64,000 nucleotides of DNA from Octopus bimaculoides (GCF_001194135.2 NC_068981.1:189677219-189741218), one strand, 5' to 3'. Shown: positions 1 through 13,400, counted from the stretch's first letter. Notes: generated by a model from the sequence alone, not told the origin. Made by a program: numbers and translations.

Positions 1-335
1 TCTACCCTGGTATTGTCAACTCGGATAGCTGGTCCCTCTGTTAGGTCGACATACGGCAGGCTCTCTTTCTCCCATTCATTCTCTTTATTAAGCAATCTAT
101 CGTAGTGGCATCTCCAGACCTCTTTCTTTGCAGCCTCATTTAGTGCAAGCGTACCATCATCCATGCGAACACATTTCTTTCCTACGTCATCACTATTCTC
201 TCTCCTACACTGTCTTGCAACACGAAATACCTCGAGTCTTTGGTCCTCACGGCGCAGAACATTGGCAAATCTTTTCTTATCTGCTTCCCCTCTGGCTAAA
301 TAAACCTGTCGCCTAGCTTCCCTTCTGGCAGATTG
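1..335 (-). mobile_element. RTE-clade LINE ORF2 fragment (linker between endonuclease and RT), running off the window edge
   Basis: The minus-strand frame is open: ARREARRQVYLARGEADKKRFANVLRREDQRLEVFRVARQCRRENSDDVGKKCVRMDDGTLALNEAAKKEVWRCHYDRLLNKENEWEKESLP. This resembles the RTE ORF2 linker (C.RxDDG.L...K..W..HY..LLN). Confidence 0.75.
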
Positions 336-619
336 CTATTTCTGTAAGATGTTCTATAAAGCACGGAAGTTTATTCTGTTAATGTATTGGGTGACGCAAT
401 GTATTGCGGTTGTTCCTTGTTTTAAATCATAGTGAGTTATGTTTGTCTGGCAAATGTTACAGTTGGAGTTGTGAAGATTGCAACATTCAGTTCTAATCAA
501 ATTTCTTAATAACATCGGTCATTCTAAGATTGTTCTGAGGTTTACATTTCCATGGTTTGTTGTTAACAGGGAAGTTCCTTATGACATGGTTTTTTGTTAT
601 ATTTTACTTATATTATTTA

Positions 620-800
620 CATTTGATGGATATTTGTCCTCATTGGCCACGTTCAGTTGGTGCTTTTTACGTGCCACTGGCACGAGATCCAGTCAGGAGG
701 TACTGGCATTGGCCACGTTCGGTTGGTTTCTGTTTTACATGTCACTGGCATGAGAGCCACCGGCACAAGATCCACTCAGGGGGTTCTGGCATCAGCCATA
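620..800 (-). mobile_element. RTE 3'-UTR minisatellite fragment
   Basis: ggtgctttttacgtgccactggcac-type units, shared with the RTE 3' ends elsewhere in the window. Confidence 0.7.
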
Positions 801-1714
801 TTCGGATAGTGCTTTTTACATATATACTATATAAAGTTGGCTTATTTGCAATTTACAACCAAAGGAAGAACTGTAGACGTCACTAAAGAGGCTAAGGTTA
901 CTAGTTAGCACCAAAATTGCTAGAAATAAGAGTCAAAGAAACTCTTAGCATTTATCTAAAGAGTGATATGGGAGGCAAGCTCCCTACAGCATCTGGGGAA
1001 TACCAGATCATTAGTGATTTCAGGTTTTATTAATGCTCATCAATGGCTCTTATCTGGCCTCTGTATACAGACATGAGAGTTTCCATACACATATGTATAG
1101 ATTCCAAAACTTTATTGCTCACAAACAAAGATAAAACTCACAAACAAAGATAAAAGCTTATTAAATGAAGTAGAGTTGTAAATTCTTGTATCATAACTGA
1201 GCTTTACATTGTCAATCATTCTAATGGTTAATATACATAACCAATATAAACAGAATTTTTGTAAAAACTTCGAAATATTGTTTTTGATTGGTTGCCGAGA
1301 AGCCCTCAAAAATTGCGTCACACATTCATCTATTCATTTTGCCATACGTGAAATATTTTATGTCTTCAGTATGTATAGAAAAACATGAAGTTAAAGACTA
1401 CGGTTATTGTTAACGTGGTTACAGAATTAATGAATAGCTGAATAGAGTTTCACTGGATGACCGACCAATTTTGAATATTAAGTTTGTTGGTAAAAAAAAT
1501 TCATAACGATAAAAATGAGCCAAAATTATCAGAATAGAAAACAAATGTTTCCTGGCTAGCATTGTGTATATTTATGTAAGTTTGTAATATTATGTGTTTC
1601 GTTAATTGTGAAAATTTTATGATTAGTTGTGTACCTGTGAATATACGGGAATGCAATTACATACAGGTATACCAGTGCACCTACAATAAAACATAAACTC
1701 GTCACCGTGCCTGG

Positions 1715-1890
1715 CAGGGGGAAATGCTTAGTGACTTTGCTTCCGAATTTATGTCCAGATGTCGACGGGGTTGACTTTGCCTTTTATTCTTTCGGGATCA
1801 ATAGAATAAGTACCAGCTGAGAATCAGGGGTCAATGGGCTCAACTTACTCTTTTCCATGAAATTACTCATCTTGTGCCAAAATTTGAAAC
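1715..1890 (+). mobile_element. Degenerate SINE family B (Meta/MESC-like core)
   Basis: Diverged gttgactttgccttttattctttcgggatcaatagaataagtaccag core and ...cttgtgccaaaatttgaaac tail. Confidence 0.6.
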
Positions 1891-2301
1891 AGATATTATA
1901 TATTTATGTAGATATTTACATAACACCTACCAAGAAACACTTGTGAATCTGTGGTGTTGAAGCACACTTTGCTGTGTCTTGAGATGGTCATTGTGCCAAT
2001 AATAAACACATGCACTGGTTCTATTTTACTTCTTTATTTTTTTCTGTCATTTGGTTAAATGGTTAACCAGCTGACATATGATATAAAGAAATGAAATAGA
2101 ACCAGTGCATGTGTTTATTATTGGCATAACGACCCTCTTGAGATATCGTATAAGTATGTGTGTGTGTGTATGTATATATGCTTATGTATATACGTATGTA
2201 TGTATGTATGTATATATATATATGTGTGTGTGTGTGTATGCATGTCTATATATGTATATGTATGTGTAGATATATCTGTGTGTGTGTGTGTGTATAGAGG
2301 T

Positions 2302-2620
2302 AACTAGCAGTATAGCCCGGCTTTGCTCGGGATTAAGTTAGGATTATTAAGCTAATTAAGTTCTTTATTTCAAACCAAACTAAGTAACATCGACGTCAGA
2401 TTTGGCAGAATCAGTGTCGCAACAGGGGCGCATGGGTTAGGAGTTTGATTGGCAGAGGTGATCAGGTTACACATACTAGCCCTTTGAAAATACCACCCCC
2501 ATCATCTAACCCCTCTTTGGGAACGCTTCAAGCAAGGAAAATAGAATGCCCAAAAGGGCTCCCGATTCTCTGTGTCAGAAGCGGTTATGTTCAGATCACA
2601 ACTAAGTCTTAAGTCTATGT
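2302..2620 (+). mobile_element. Helitron/Helentron-type non-autonomous element (HINE/DINE-like) 5' part
   Basis: Starts actagcagtatagcccggctttgctcggg, with the subterminal cccgg...tcggg hairpin typical of HINEs. Ends at a (CT)n tract and a gap. Confidence 0.55.
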
Positions 2621-2633
2621 ATGCATGCATGTG

Positions 2634-2678
<45 letters not shown>

Positions 2679-3399
2679 NNNNNNNNNNNNNNNNNNNNNN
2701 NNNNNNNNNNNNNNNNNNNNNNNNNNNNNNNNNNNNNNNNNNNNNNNNNNNNNNNNNNNNNNNNNNNNNNNNNNNNNNNNNNNNNNNNNNNNNNNNNNNN
2801 NNNNNNNNNNNNNNNNNNNNNNNNNNNNNNNNNNNNNNNNNNNNNNNNNNNNNNNNNNNNNNNNNNNNNNNNNNNNNNNNNNNNNNNNNNNNNNNNNNNN
2901 NNNNNNNNNNNNNNNNNNNNNNNNNNNNNNNNNNNNNNNNNNNNNNNNNNNNNNNNNNNNNNNNNNNNNNNNNNNNNNNNNNNNNNNNNNNNNNNNNNNN
3001 NNNNNNNNNNNNNNNNNNNNNNNNNNNNNNNNNNNNNNNNNNNNNNNNNNNNNNNNNNNNNNNNNNNNNNGGTCGGATGACAGAAGAGATGTTGGCGTGG
3101 ACTCCTACCCTGGCATCCGAAACTCGGAGTTTTATTATGGCTACTGAATAAGTGTCACATATTTTTACAGATAAATTCCTCTATTTGCATAATATCGAGG
3201 TTTCTTTCTTTCTTTTGTTGTCCTTCTGTCAAATATATATATATATATATATATATATGTGGGTAACACACACACACACACACACATACACGCACGTAAG
3301 TACGTACACCAATTGCATACATATTTTTTGTACGCATACATGTTCGTATTTGTGTGTGTGTGTGTGTGTGTGTGTTGCCCGTATATCAATTAATCACTT

Positions 3400-3745
3400 T
3401 TTTCCTCGATCACGCTCAAAGGTGTCTTTTATGTGCCACCTGCATGGGAGCCAGTCCGGCGGCACTGGCAACAACCATGCTCGAATGTTGCTTTTCGTGC
3501 GCCACTGGTACATGTGCCAGTAAGGCGACACTAGCAATGATAATGCTCTAATGGTGCTTTTTATGTGCCACCGGCACAGGAGTCAGACAGCAGCCCTGGC
3601 AATGATCATGCTCGAATGGTGCTTTTAACGTTCCACTGGGACGAGTGTCAGTCAGGCGGCACTGTCATTGGCCACGTCAGCGATTTTAATTTCACTTGCC
3701 TCAACAAATTGACCAATGAATGAAGGGTACTCATAAGCGGGCTGG
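3400..3745 (-). mobile_element. RTE 3'-UTR minisatellite fragment
   Basis: About 65-bp tttttatgtgccacc...ggcactggcaa...gctcgaatgg units. Confidence 0.7.
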
Positions 3746-3794
3746 TTGTATATCATCATTCAGTTTTATTTCAAGATTTCTTGCCAATACGTTG

Positions 3795-4135
3795 GAATTT
3801 TAACATCAATACACAAGGGTTTGGTCTGCCCAAGTCAGATCTAAGACATTTGCCCAGGGTTCCATGCAGTAGAACTGAATCCGAAACTATATGGTTGGGA
3901 AGCAAGCTTCTTACCACACATCCACACACACACACACACATAATTGTCCATCTTGTCCAAATATATATACATACGATGGGCTTCTTCCAGCTTCTTTCCG
4001 CCAAATTTTCTCACAAGGGTTTGGTCTGTCCGAGACAGATCTAAGACATTTGTGCAGGGTCTCATGCAGTGGGACTGAACCCTGAACCATGTGGTTGGGA
4101 AGCAAGCTTCTTACAACATAGCCACAACACACACA
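3795..4135 (-). mobile_element. Two tandem 5' halves of tRNA-derived SINE family A
   Basis: A ~187-bp unit (cacaagggtttggtctg...actgaa...tggttgggaagcaagcttctta) occurs twice. Confidence 0.75.
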
Positions 4136-6278
4136 AACACACAACCACCCCACCCCCCACACACGCACACACTTACCAGCTTGTCCCCTTCCATCCCTTC
4201 CATTTTCTGTAACCCTCTCTTCATTTTATTTCTCTCAGCTTTTGCCCTTTCTGCTGTTCCTTTCTATTATTTCTTTCTTGTTTTACTTCCTTTCTTCTTC
4301 CTTTTCTTGTTTTTCTTTGTATTACCACCAGATTTACCCAGTCAACCAATTTCCTTCACATATTTTCCCATCACAATCTCCCTTTCTTCACTCACAGGTT
4401 AGTATCTCACACCTCCCTCCATCCCTATTAACACTTCTGACTTCATCTTCCTCCTACTTGTTTTTCTTCTAGGGTTCTTTCTCGCTTCAACTGCTTCAGC
4501 AACTTGATGTCGTTTTAACTCTCTCATGATACGTTGCTTAAGACCATAATGCATTCTACTTATCTCCACACATCTTTATATTTATCGTCTATGTCTGAAC
4601 ACCATTTTGTTATTAGTCCCTTGTGCGTTTAGTTTTATAATCACATTGTATGACCATATATATTTCGTTCCATCTTATTCTTCTTTTGTAATGTCACTGT
4701 TCTTCTCATAATTTGTTTTATTCTTGTTTTCGGTTGGAAAATACTTTGTATTCTCCTTTTGATTTGTTTTGTGTTTTATCATAATCATCTCAGTAAACTC
4801 GTCTTTTTCTTGTTTCTTAGTTTTTGAGTGTGTGTGTGTCTGTATCTTTCCAACAAGTTCTGGGTACTGTTGGAATAAATAGTAATATTTTAGGTGTCGA
4901 AATTGTAATGATTTTGGATTGATAATTGATGAAGCGATCAGGCTTGTACACGTCTGTTTGAGCTGCCTTTTAGCTTTACTTGAAATTTTCATAGTTGCCT
5001 ATCTGCGTTACGTAAGATAAAATGTGTGTGTGTATGTGTTATAACGCGCGCACGCGCACACACACACACGCACACATTCTACCAGTGAAGGTCCTGTCAC
5101 CTTGGATCTGATTTCACTATTTAGACATTTGATCTGCTTTGTGCTTTTTCTCCCTTTTTTACGCAGTGTCTCCAATGTTTGTTATAAACATATATTCCAA
5201 GTATGAGTGTGTACATGTGTGTATATATATATGTGTGTGTGTGTGTGTGCATGTGTGAGTGTACAAATATATATATATTTATACATATATANNNNNNNNN
5301 NNNNNNNNNNNNNNNNNNNNNNNNNNNNNNNNNNNNNNNNNNNNNNNNNNNNNNNNNNNNNNNNNNNNNNNNNNNNNNNNNNNNNNNNNNNNNNNNNNNN
5401 NNNNNNNNNNNNNNNNNNNNNNNNNNNNNNNNNNNNNNNNNNNNNNNNNNNNNNNNNNNNNNNNNNNNNNNNNNNNNNNNNNNNNNNNNNNNNNNNNNNN
5501 NNNNNNNNNNNNNNNNNNNNNNNNNNNNNNNNNNNNNNNNNNNNNNNNNNNNNNNNNNNNNNNNNNNNNNNNNNNNNNNNNNNNNNNNNNNNNNNNNNNN
5601 NNNNNNNNNNNNNNNNNNNNNNNNNNNNNNNNNNNNNNNNNNNNNNNNNNNNNNNNNNNNNNNNNNNNNNNNNNNNNNNNNNNNNNNNNNNNNNNNNNNN
5701 NNNNNNNNNNNNNNNNNNNNNNNNNNNNNNNNNNNNNNNNNNNNNNNNNNNNNNNNNNNNNNNNNNNNNNNNNNNNNNNNNNNNNNNNNNNNNNNNNNNN
5801 NNNNNNNNNNNNNNNNNNNNNNNNNNNNNNNNNNNNNNNNNNNNNNNNNNNNNNNNNNNNNNNNNNNNNNNNNNNNNNNNNNNNNNNNNNNNNNNNNNNN
5901 NNNNNNNNNNNNNNNNNNNNNNNNNNNNNNNNNNNNNNNNNNNNNNNNNNNNNNNNNNNNNNNNNNNATATATATATATATATATATAAACGATTCTTCT
6001 CTTGGATTTATCCAATTAAAACTAAAAGATGGTGAAAACATTGTGGAAGTAATTTTAGAAAAAACTTGTAAAAGACAAAATGTCATTATGATATTTTCGA
6101 TTTCAGTGTTATATAACAACGCTGCAATTATAACAAACGTAATGTTCAAGAATGGATTAATAGAAAACAATTACAAAACTATTTTGGTAAAGTGCAATAA
6201 TCATTCTCTTGAGTTGGTTGGAGAATCTGCTGCTAACTCTGATGTATTCTTTTTTTATCATTTACTTTTAATATTTAC

Positions 6279-6511
6279 TTACTCTTTTACTCTTCTACTT
6301 GTTTCAGTCTTTTGACTGTGGCAATGCTGGAGCACCGCCTTTAGTCGAGCAAATCGACCCCAGGACTTATTCTTTGGAAGCCTAGTACTTATTCTATCGG
6401 CCTCTTTTGCAGAACGGCTAAGTTACGGGGACGTAAACACACCAGCATCAGTTGTCAAGCGATGGTGGGGTGACAAACACAGACACACATACACATACAC
6501 ACATAATACAT

Positions 6512-6560
<49 letters not shown>

Positions 6561-6725
6561 TACGACGGGCGTCTTTCAGTTTCCGTCTACCAAATCCATT
6601 CACAAGGCTTTGATCGGCCCGAGGCTATAGTAGAAGACACTTGCTCAAGATGCCACGCAGTGGGACTGAACCCAGAACTATGTGGTTCGTAAGCAAGCTA
6701 CTTACTACACAGCTACTCCTACGCC
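6279..6725 (-). mobile_element. Full-length tRNA-derived SINE family A
   Basis: On the minus strand: A/B-box head (tagctgtgtagtaagtagc...gggttcagtccc), ccttgagcaagtgtcttc core, internal (TA)n, and tail ending gactgaaacaagtagaagagtaaaagag. Confidence 0.9.
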
Positions 6726-7044
6726 TACTTGTTTATAGCAAGAAGCTTCGGGCATGCTGGGCCACCGGTTTGAAAATTTTTCAGTTTAATTGATCGACTC
6801 CAGTACGTATTTCCGTTTTCTGATTAGTGTTCTGTCAGTCTCTTTCGCCGAACCGTTAAGTCACTAAGTTATGGAGACATAAACACGACAACATCGGTTG
6901 TGAACCAGTGGAGAGGAAGACATACATGCACACTCAAGACAAGCTGCTTTCTGCTTTCATCGACCAAATCTACGCAAGGCCTTTGGTCGGCCTGAGGTTA
7001 TAGATACCTACCCATGGTGCCATGTGGTTGGGAAGCAAGCTTCT

Positions 7045-8400
7045 TTATTTCAATATTTTTACCATAAAGGCATTACATAGAGGGGACACTACAACACATG
7101 TGGGGACATAGTTGAAAATGAAAATATGAAGAGTGTGCTACTCACCCCACACTGAGCAACACTACTCGCCGCCTCTGAGTCCTACTTTCCTTTTAGTTTC
7201 TGTTTTTGTTATACTATCGCCTCATGACTGCACTCTCTCGTAGCCTTTTTCACCGAGGAAAGGGGGCTTCTAAATTCAGAGGTATTTGCTCTTTTTTATT
7301 TTTGCCTGTGGGGAAATGGGGTGGGTGGGTTTGGTGTCTGTATGGGGAGGGTGGGTCTGAGTGGTCTTGGGTGGGATAGAGTTGGACTGGGTTACCACAT
7401 CATACTCAGTGTTCTTTCTTTTTTCTCTTCTTACTTCCACTCTCTGTTACTCTGTATTTTTCCTCCTTTCCCCCGTCTGTCTTTTATTCCTCTCTTTTCT
7501 CTTCCGTCTCCACAACTGTTTCCTCTGCTATTGTCCTCTGTAGAGGGTAGTATGCTCTAATGTGGCCCTTTTGGCCACATTTAAAACAGCGTGGAACTCT
7601 GCCCTCTACCCACACTCTCAATACAATTTCCCTCAACGTCACCGTCTCTGTCAAACTCTCCAGTTGTCCCTCCTCCGTCTGTATTATTAATTCTAGTGTC
7701 TTCCCTTTCCACCCTCCTTCTTCCGTTTCTGTGGCTTGAAGGACAGCCACTTTCTCCTCACTTCCAACAAGGACAGCCGCCGCCATCCAAGCCACTTCTA
7801 TATCAGGTGGGATTGCTTATACTATAACCTTGGAAGTCTTTCTTCTAAGGTTTGTGAGCAGAAACACTACTTCCTGTTTTCACCGCAACACTCACCAGCC
7901 TCCTCTACTGTTCTAAATTGGACGACCATTGTCCCATATCTCCTTCCTTTAGTTATACATGTTATTTCCTTTGACCGCTCTCTTAGCGCCTTTTCCATTT
8001 CAGCTTCCACCTGCTCAGCCTTTTTTCCTTTTAACGAGAACACCTTATAGGTGATCGTTTTTCTCTCCAACCGCTCTATAATTCCTTTGGCGGGGAAGAC
8101 AACCTCACGTCGACTCCCACCTTCTGTACCATCTTCTCATACTTCTTCAGACCAGCCAAGTCCAACTCCCTTCGCTTCATCTCCGTGGCCTCAGCAAAAT
8201 TCCTTGTCTTTTCCAACATTCCGTCCATCGTAATGACCGCCCTTACCAGCCTCCACCTCTGCTGAAGACAACTCAGACCCGCTAAGGTCTGAATGCATTT
8301 TCTAAGCAGCACGAAAAAAAAACCGTCCGACTCTCAACAAATTCACACAACAACTACTGGACAACGCATGTGCGGAAGCAAACTTCTCACCACACAGCCT
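7045..8400 (-). mobile_element. L1/Tx1-type ORF1 (gag-like zinc knuckle) pseudogene joined directly to a 3' tail
   Basis: Frameshifted ORF pieces 8312-8076, 8070-7867 and 7795-7484. The last has VPRCFKCGQKGHIRAYYP (degenerate CCHC) followed by an E/K-rich segment. The 3' end (gtcccctctatgtaatgcctttatgg...aataaag) resembles the Tx1/SINE-B tail. Confidence 0.7.
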
Positions 8401-9044
8401 CATCTGTGCTTATAGATGGTAATATTTTTGGTGTGGCTCAGTTGTATTCTTTCCTGTTCAACACTGCTGGAAAAGATGAAACTCGACGGAATTCCGATAC
8501 AGAAAAGACTTGAAATTCATTTCATGAATAATTTGACATCGTAATGGAACTTTTGCAAAGCATAGCATAAGATCTTGGAAACAAACCATTATAATGAAGA
8601 TGGGTAAATAAGGGAAATGTAAAAATGATATACGACACAAGGGGAAAATGAACTAGTAAGCAATAATTTATTCTCCGTTATAAAATACTATGATTGCATG
8701 AAATAAAATAAAATAAAAGAACAAGTTACAACAAAGAGGTGTGAGAGACTTCGTAGTGAGGTTGGACTGTTGGGATTTAGAGGGGATTTTTGAAAAACAA
8801 GAGGGAATTCATGGCAGTGTACAGTGTACAAATGAACTACACTACCTCGGAGTGGCTAAAACGTGAATCAATCAAATTTATGTATTAATTTTCTTTTTAT
8901 ATGTTTGTTTCCTTTTGCACAATATGAAAACAATGGCTAAAATTTTTCTGAAGCAGCAGCCCTACTAATTTTATCTGCAAGCTGCCACTGCCTCGGACCA
9001 ACCGAAGCCTTGTGAGTGAATTTGGTTTGACAGAAACTGAAAGA

Positions 9045-9228
9045 AGGCAGCGAGCTGGCAGAAACGTTAGCACGCCGGACGAAATCGACTTTGCCTTTCA
9101 TCCTTTCGGGGTCGATAAATTAAGTACCAGTTACGCACTGGGGTCGATGTAATCGACTTAACACCTTTGTCTGTCCTTGTTTGTCCCCTCTATGTTTAGC
9201 CCCTTGTGGGCAATAAAGAAATAAGAAA
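9045..9228 (+). mobile_element. SINE family B, internally deleted
   Basis: Head gcgagctggcagaaacgttagcacgccgg, core gactttgcctttcatcctttcggggtcgataaattaagtaccag, tail tttagccccttgtgggcaataaagaaataa. Confidence 0.9.
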
Positions 9229-9244
9229 CTGAAAGAAGCCCAAC

Positions 9245-9278
<34 letters not shown>

Positions 9279-9611
9279 ATGTGTGTGTGTGTGTGTGTGT
9301 GTGTTTGTGTTTGTGCCTGTGTTTGACAATTAGTGTTGGCGTGTTTACATCATAACATAGCGCTTCAGCGGGAGAGACCAATACAATGAATACCAAGATT
9401 TAAAAAAAAAAGTACTAAGGTCAATTCGTTCGACTAAAAATTCAACACTGTGCCCCAGTATGGCCGTAGTCTAAAGACTGAAACAAGTACGCGAAAGACA
9501 GCTAATATTAATTATATCAAAGATCTAAGAAAGATTATCGATTTGAGCCTTGCTCAGCAGCGATGAATGTGAGGAGACTAAAAACAAATTTTGATGATAT
9601 TACTCTGTTCA

Positions 9612-9775
9612 AAACAAGGGGTTAAACATAGAGGGGACAAACAAGGACAGACACAAGTCGATTACATCGACCCCAGTGCATAACTGGTACTTATTTAATC
9701 GACCGCAAAAGGGTGAAAGGCAAAGTGGGCCTTGGCAGAATTTGAACTCAGAACGTAGTGGAAAATAAGAGAAAT
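9612..9775 (-). mobile_element. SINE family B
   Basis: Reverse complement of the family-B core and tail. Confidence 0.8.
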
Positions 9776-9864
9776 ATTGTTTTAAAATAAAAGTCAAATT
9801 ATTATTGAAGATATCCAAAAATAGGAGCAGCAAACACATTTCTATTAACAAACGATTGATTTAA

Positions 9865-10083
9865 TCCTTTTGATACCAACCCAGCTGAAACCGCCTCTGG
9901 CTCTGTAGTACGAATGTCTTGTTTTCATAAGTTTTGAATTAAAGTCTTCCACCAGACCTTAGTCACAAGTTATGTTCCTAACACTAGCTGAATGATAACT
10001 AAGTTATTTTACTAAATTTTGTTATATTTAAAGTAATTGAAAGAAACACAAAGCAGCTCAAAATAAATACAGTAACGAAAGGG
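9865..10083. mobile_element. piggyBac-like MITE
   Basis: TTAA on both sides. The ends tccttttgatac / gtaacgaaaggg are imperfect terminal inverted repeats of the CCCTT type. Confidence 0.65.
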
Positions 10084-10439
10084 TTAAAGTTCCATATTGT
10101 TGGGTGTGAGCTAAGCTGTGTGGTTACTTCGTGTCTAACATCAAACTATCGATGTACAGCATCATGAAACGACTGGTACAATCTCATCTCTCTGCTATAG
10201 CGAACTAGAAAAGTTGCTGGAACATCCCACAGAATACTTCACTATATTTGTTCTGATTCTCTGAACTCTGAGTTCAAACCCCACCCAAGTGAACTTTGTC
10301 TTTTATCTTTTCAGGATCAAACAAAAAAGCACCAATTCAAGGCAATGAATCGGTTGAATTGTAAGAACTTTGGACCAGGTGTCTTTTAGTATACATTCTG
10401 GATCTTTGCATTCTGAATTCAAATGCTGGTATAGCTTAA

Positions 10440-10600
10440 CATGTCTTTACGTTCTGAGTTCAAATTCCACCGAGGTCGACTTGCCCTCTCATCCTTTCGG
10501 GGTCGATAAATTAAATACCAGTCATGTAATGGTGCCGATCAAATCAACTGGCCCCTTCCCCAAAATTTTAGGCCTTGTACCTAGAGTAGAAAATACATGT
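10440..10600 (+). mobile_element. SINE family B (short-tail variant)
   Basis: gttctgagttcaaattccaccgaggtcgacttgcc...ggccttgtacctagagtagaa. Confidence 0.8.
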
Positions 10601-10934
10601 CTGTTTTTCCTTGGGTGCAATGCACCCCAATTGCACCTCTAAATGCTTCTTGAGTTTGTTTTCATTTTTCAAAATCTTGTTCGAAATAATTTATAAAAAT
10701 AATCCAATCTGTGTTAAGGATATTCACAGTGAAAGCACCCCGCCCCCAGGGAGCTAAATACTTAACTGATCACTACTAGTTAGGCTGCTCTCTTCAATAA
10801 TGTTTTCCAGCTTTTCATTAAAAGAATAAGGCCTATCTCATTGTGGCAAATAGTTTATTTACTCCTCATGACTAAAAAAAAAATTATTGTTACGGCTATG
10901 CTGGAGCATCATATCTCATGTCGTTCCTTCAGTT

Positions 10935-10944
10935 CATCATCAAT

Positions 10945-11012
<68 letters not shown>

Positions 11013-11385
11013 TCTCATTATCATCATTTTAATGAAGCACCATCACCAGCGATTTTATGTGGCACCGTCACCAATGCTTTTTACGTGGCACCATCACCAG
11101 TACATTTTATGAAGCGTCAGCACCTGTGCTTTTTTATGTGGTACCATCACCAATGCTTTTCATGAAGTACTATCACCAATGCTTTTTACATGGCACCATC
11201 AGCAGTGCTTTTTACGTGGCAGCTTCAGCAGGGCTTTTTACGTGGCACGATCACCAGTGCTTTTTACGTGGCACCATCAGCAGTGTTTTTTATGTGGCAC
11301 CATCACCAATGCTTTTTACGAAGCACCGGCTCCAGTGCTTTTTACGAAGCACTATCAGCAGTGCTTTTCATGTGGCACCATTTTG
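10935..11385 (-). repeat. (CAT)n tract plus 26-bp minisatellite (about 13 units), related to RTE 3' UTRs
   Basis: Unit gctttttacgtggcaccatcaccagt is tandemly repeated at about 11030-11385. Confidence 0.85.
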
Positions 11386-11805
11386 ATGTAGTCAAAAAGA
11401 CTATTCAAAAAGACGAAACGGTGTTCTGATGGACAATGTTGCATCTTTCCCAGTATTACTTGTAGATAATAAAGATTTCTCATTGAACATTATTTTCTTT
11501 CAAGAGACTCTTTACAATGAGTTACATTATATTTTCTATTTTTTGTGTAGTTCTTTGATTATATTATTACTCGGCTCTTAAATAACTTACATTTTCTCAC
11601 TCAACATAGCATCTGTTATCACAATGTGATGATCTACAATAATCTCTGTGTTACCTTTTTTTAATAAGATCTCAATAGTTTGCCATTGTTTGCTCACTAA
11701 TTTGTAAAATGTACTGAAATGAATGATTAAACATAAGAATATTCAGCAATTGTTTTGTGGTTTTTTTGTTTTGCTTATGTTGATGCTATTACGCAGTTCA
11801 TGGAA

Positions 11806-11961
11806 GAAGCATGGCTGGGGTAAGAAGCTTGCACCCCAACCACAAGGATTTGAGTTCAGTCCCATTGTGTGATACTTTGGGTAATTGTCTTCCACTGTAG
11901 CTTCAGGCCAACCAAAGCCTTTTTAGTGTATTTGGTAGACAGAAACTGAAAGAAGCCTGTC

Positions 11962-12050
<89 letters not shown>

Positions 12051-12055
12051 TGTAT
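11806..12055 (+). mobile_element. SINE family A 5' half ending in (TA)n(TG)n
   Basis: tRNA-like head, core, and gacagaaactgaaagaagcctgtcg before the microsatellite. Confidence 0.8.
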
Positions 12056-12510
12056 CACCATTATCATAATCGTTTAACGTCCGCTTTCCATGCTAGCATG
12101 GGTTGGACGATTTGATTGGCGAACAAGATGGCTGCACCAGGTTCCAATCCGATCTGGCAGTGTTTCTACAGGTGGATGCCCTTCCTAATGCCAACCACTC
12201 CGAGAGTGTAGTGGGTTCTTTTTACGTGCCACAGGCACGAGGGCCAGTCCGGTGGTACTGGCAATGGCCACGCTCAAATGGTGTTTTTTATGTGCCACCT
12301 GCAGAGGAGTCAGTTCAATGTTTTGTTCATATGCCACCAGCACAAGTGCCAGTAAGGCGAAGCTGGAAATGATCGCGCTCAAATGGTGCTTTTTACGTGC
12401 CACCGGAACAGGAGTGAGACCGCTGCTCTGGCAGTGATCCCGCTCGGATGGTGCTGTTAGCGCTTCACTGGCACGGGTGCCAGTCATCAAATTTGGTTCA
12501 GTTTCGATTT
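12055..12510 (-). mobile_element. RTE LINE 3' UTR
   Basis: catcataatcgtttaacgtccg tail, ggatgcccttcctaatgccaac motif, and ~65-bp minisatellite units. Confidence 0.85.
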
Positions 12511-12524
12511 TACTTTATCTCAAC

Positions 12525-13398
12525 AAAAAGCAATGCGGTTAATCAAAGTATGCACCTAAATTATCAACACAATTTTGCCATTTTATCAGTAGCTTATTTA
12601 TGCTGGCAGCAAAGATTTCTGGAGAGCAAGAGGTGATGAAATCATGAAAGGCTGTTTTTGCGTCTTCTTTAGATTTGAAGTTTTTTAATGCCTGGAAAAC
12701 ATGATAGTCAATTGGTGCAAGGATTGGTGAATATGGTGGTTGACAGAGTACTTGCAAGTTCAGTTCCTGTAACTAGAGTAGCGTTGTTTGTGCAACATGT
12801 GGTCGAGCATTGTCTTGCGAGAAAATTGGCCTGTTTCTATTGACTAATCTTGGTTGTTTCATTGCAAGTTCACTCATCATTTCATCCAATTGGTTGATCT
12901 ATACATCCGCTGTAATTGACTTACTAGGTCTCAAGAAGCTGCAGTGAATGTCACTAGTGTTGGACTACCAAACAGACACCATTAGCTTTTTTTGATGAAT
13001 ATTCTTTTTTGAATTGTGTTTTAGCACTTAGTCTCTATCCAACCACTGTGCAGAACACTTGCTGTTGTTGAATAGAATCTATTTTTCATCTCGTGTAACA
13101 ATACGATGCAAAAATGGTTCACTTTTATACTGTGACAATAAAGAACAGCAAGTATCAAGATGACATGTCATTTGATGCTCATTCAGTTCGTGTGATATCC
13201 ACTTGTCCAACTTCTTTACCTTGCTGATTTGTTTCAGATGGTCCAATACAGTTGGAATCGAAGCATCAAACCTTGCTGCTAACTCACGCGTAGTTTGAGA
13301 TGTCTCCACTTCCACTACGGTTTCCAGCTCATCATTATTTACCTTGGTCTCAAGTCTACCATGGGGCTGATTTTCAAGAGTAAAGTCACCAGACCAGA

Positions 13399-13400
<2 letters not shown>
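12525..13400 (-). mobile_element. Decayed mariner (DD34D-type) transposase
   Basis: HTH and WVPHEL-like region (QTTRELAARF...KKLDKWISHELN), HRIVTRDEK (first catalytic D), and C-terminus QPPYSPILAPIDYHVF...KWQNCVDNLGAYFD. Frameshifted, with a (TA)n tract at the 5' side. Confidence 0.92.

Noticed and set aside
11030-11385. Regular 26-bp repeats that could be mistaken for a CRISPR array
   Set aside because: The units are directly tandem with no unique spacers, the context is eukaryotic, and they are related to the RTE UTR.
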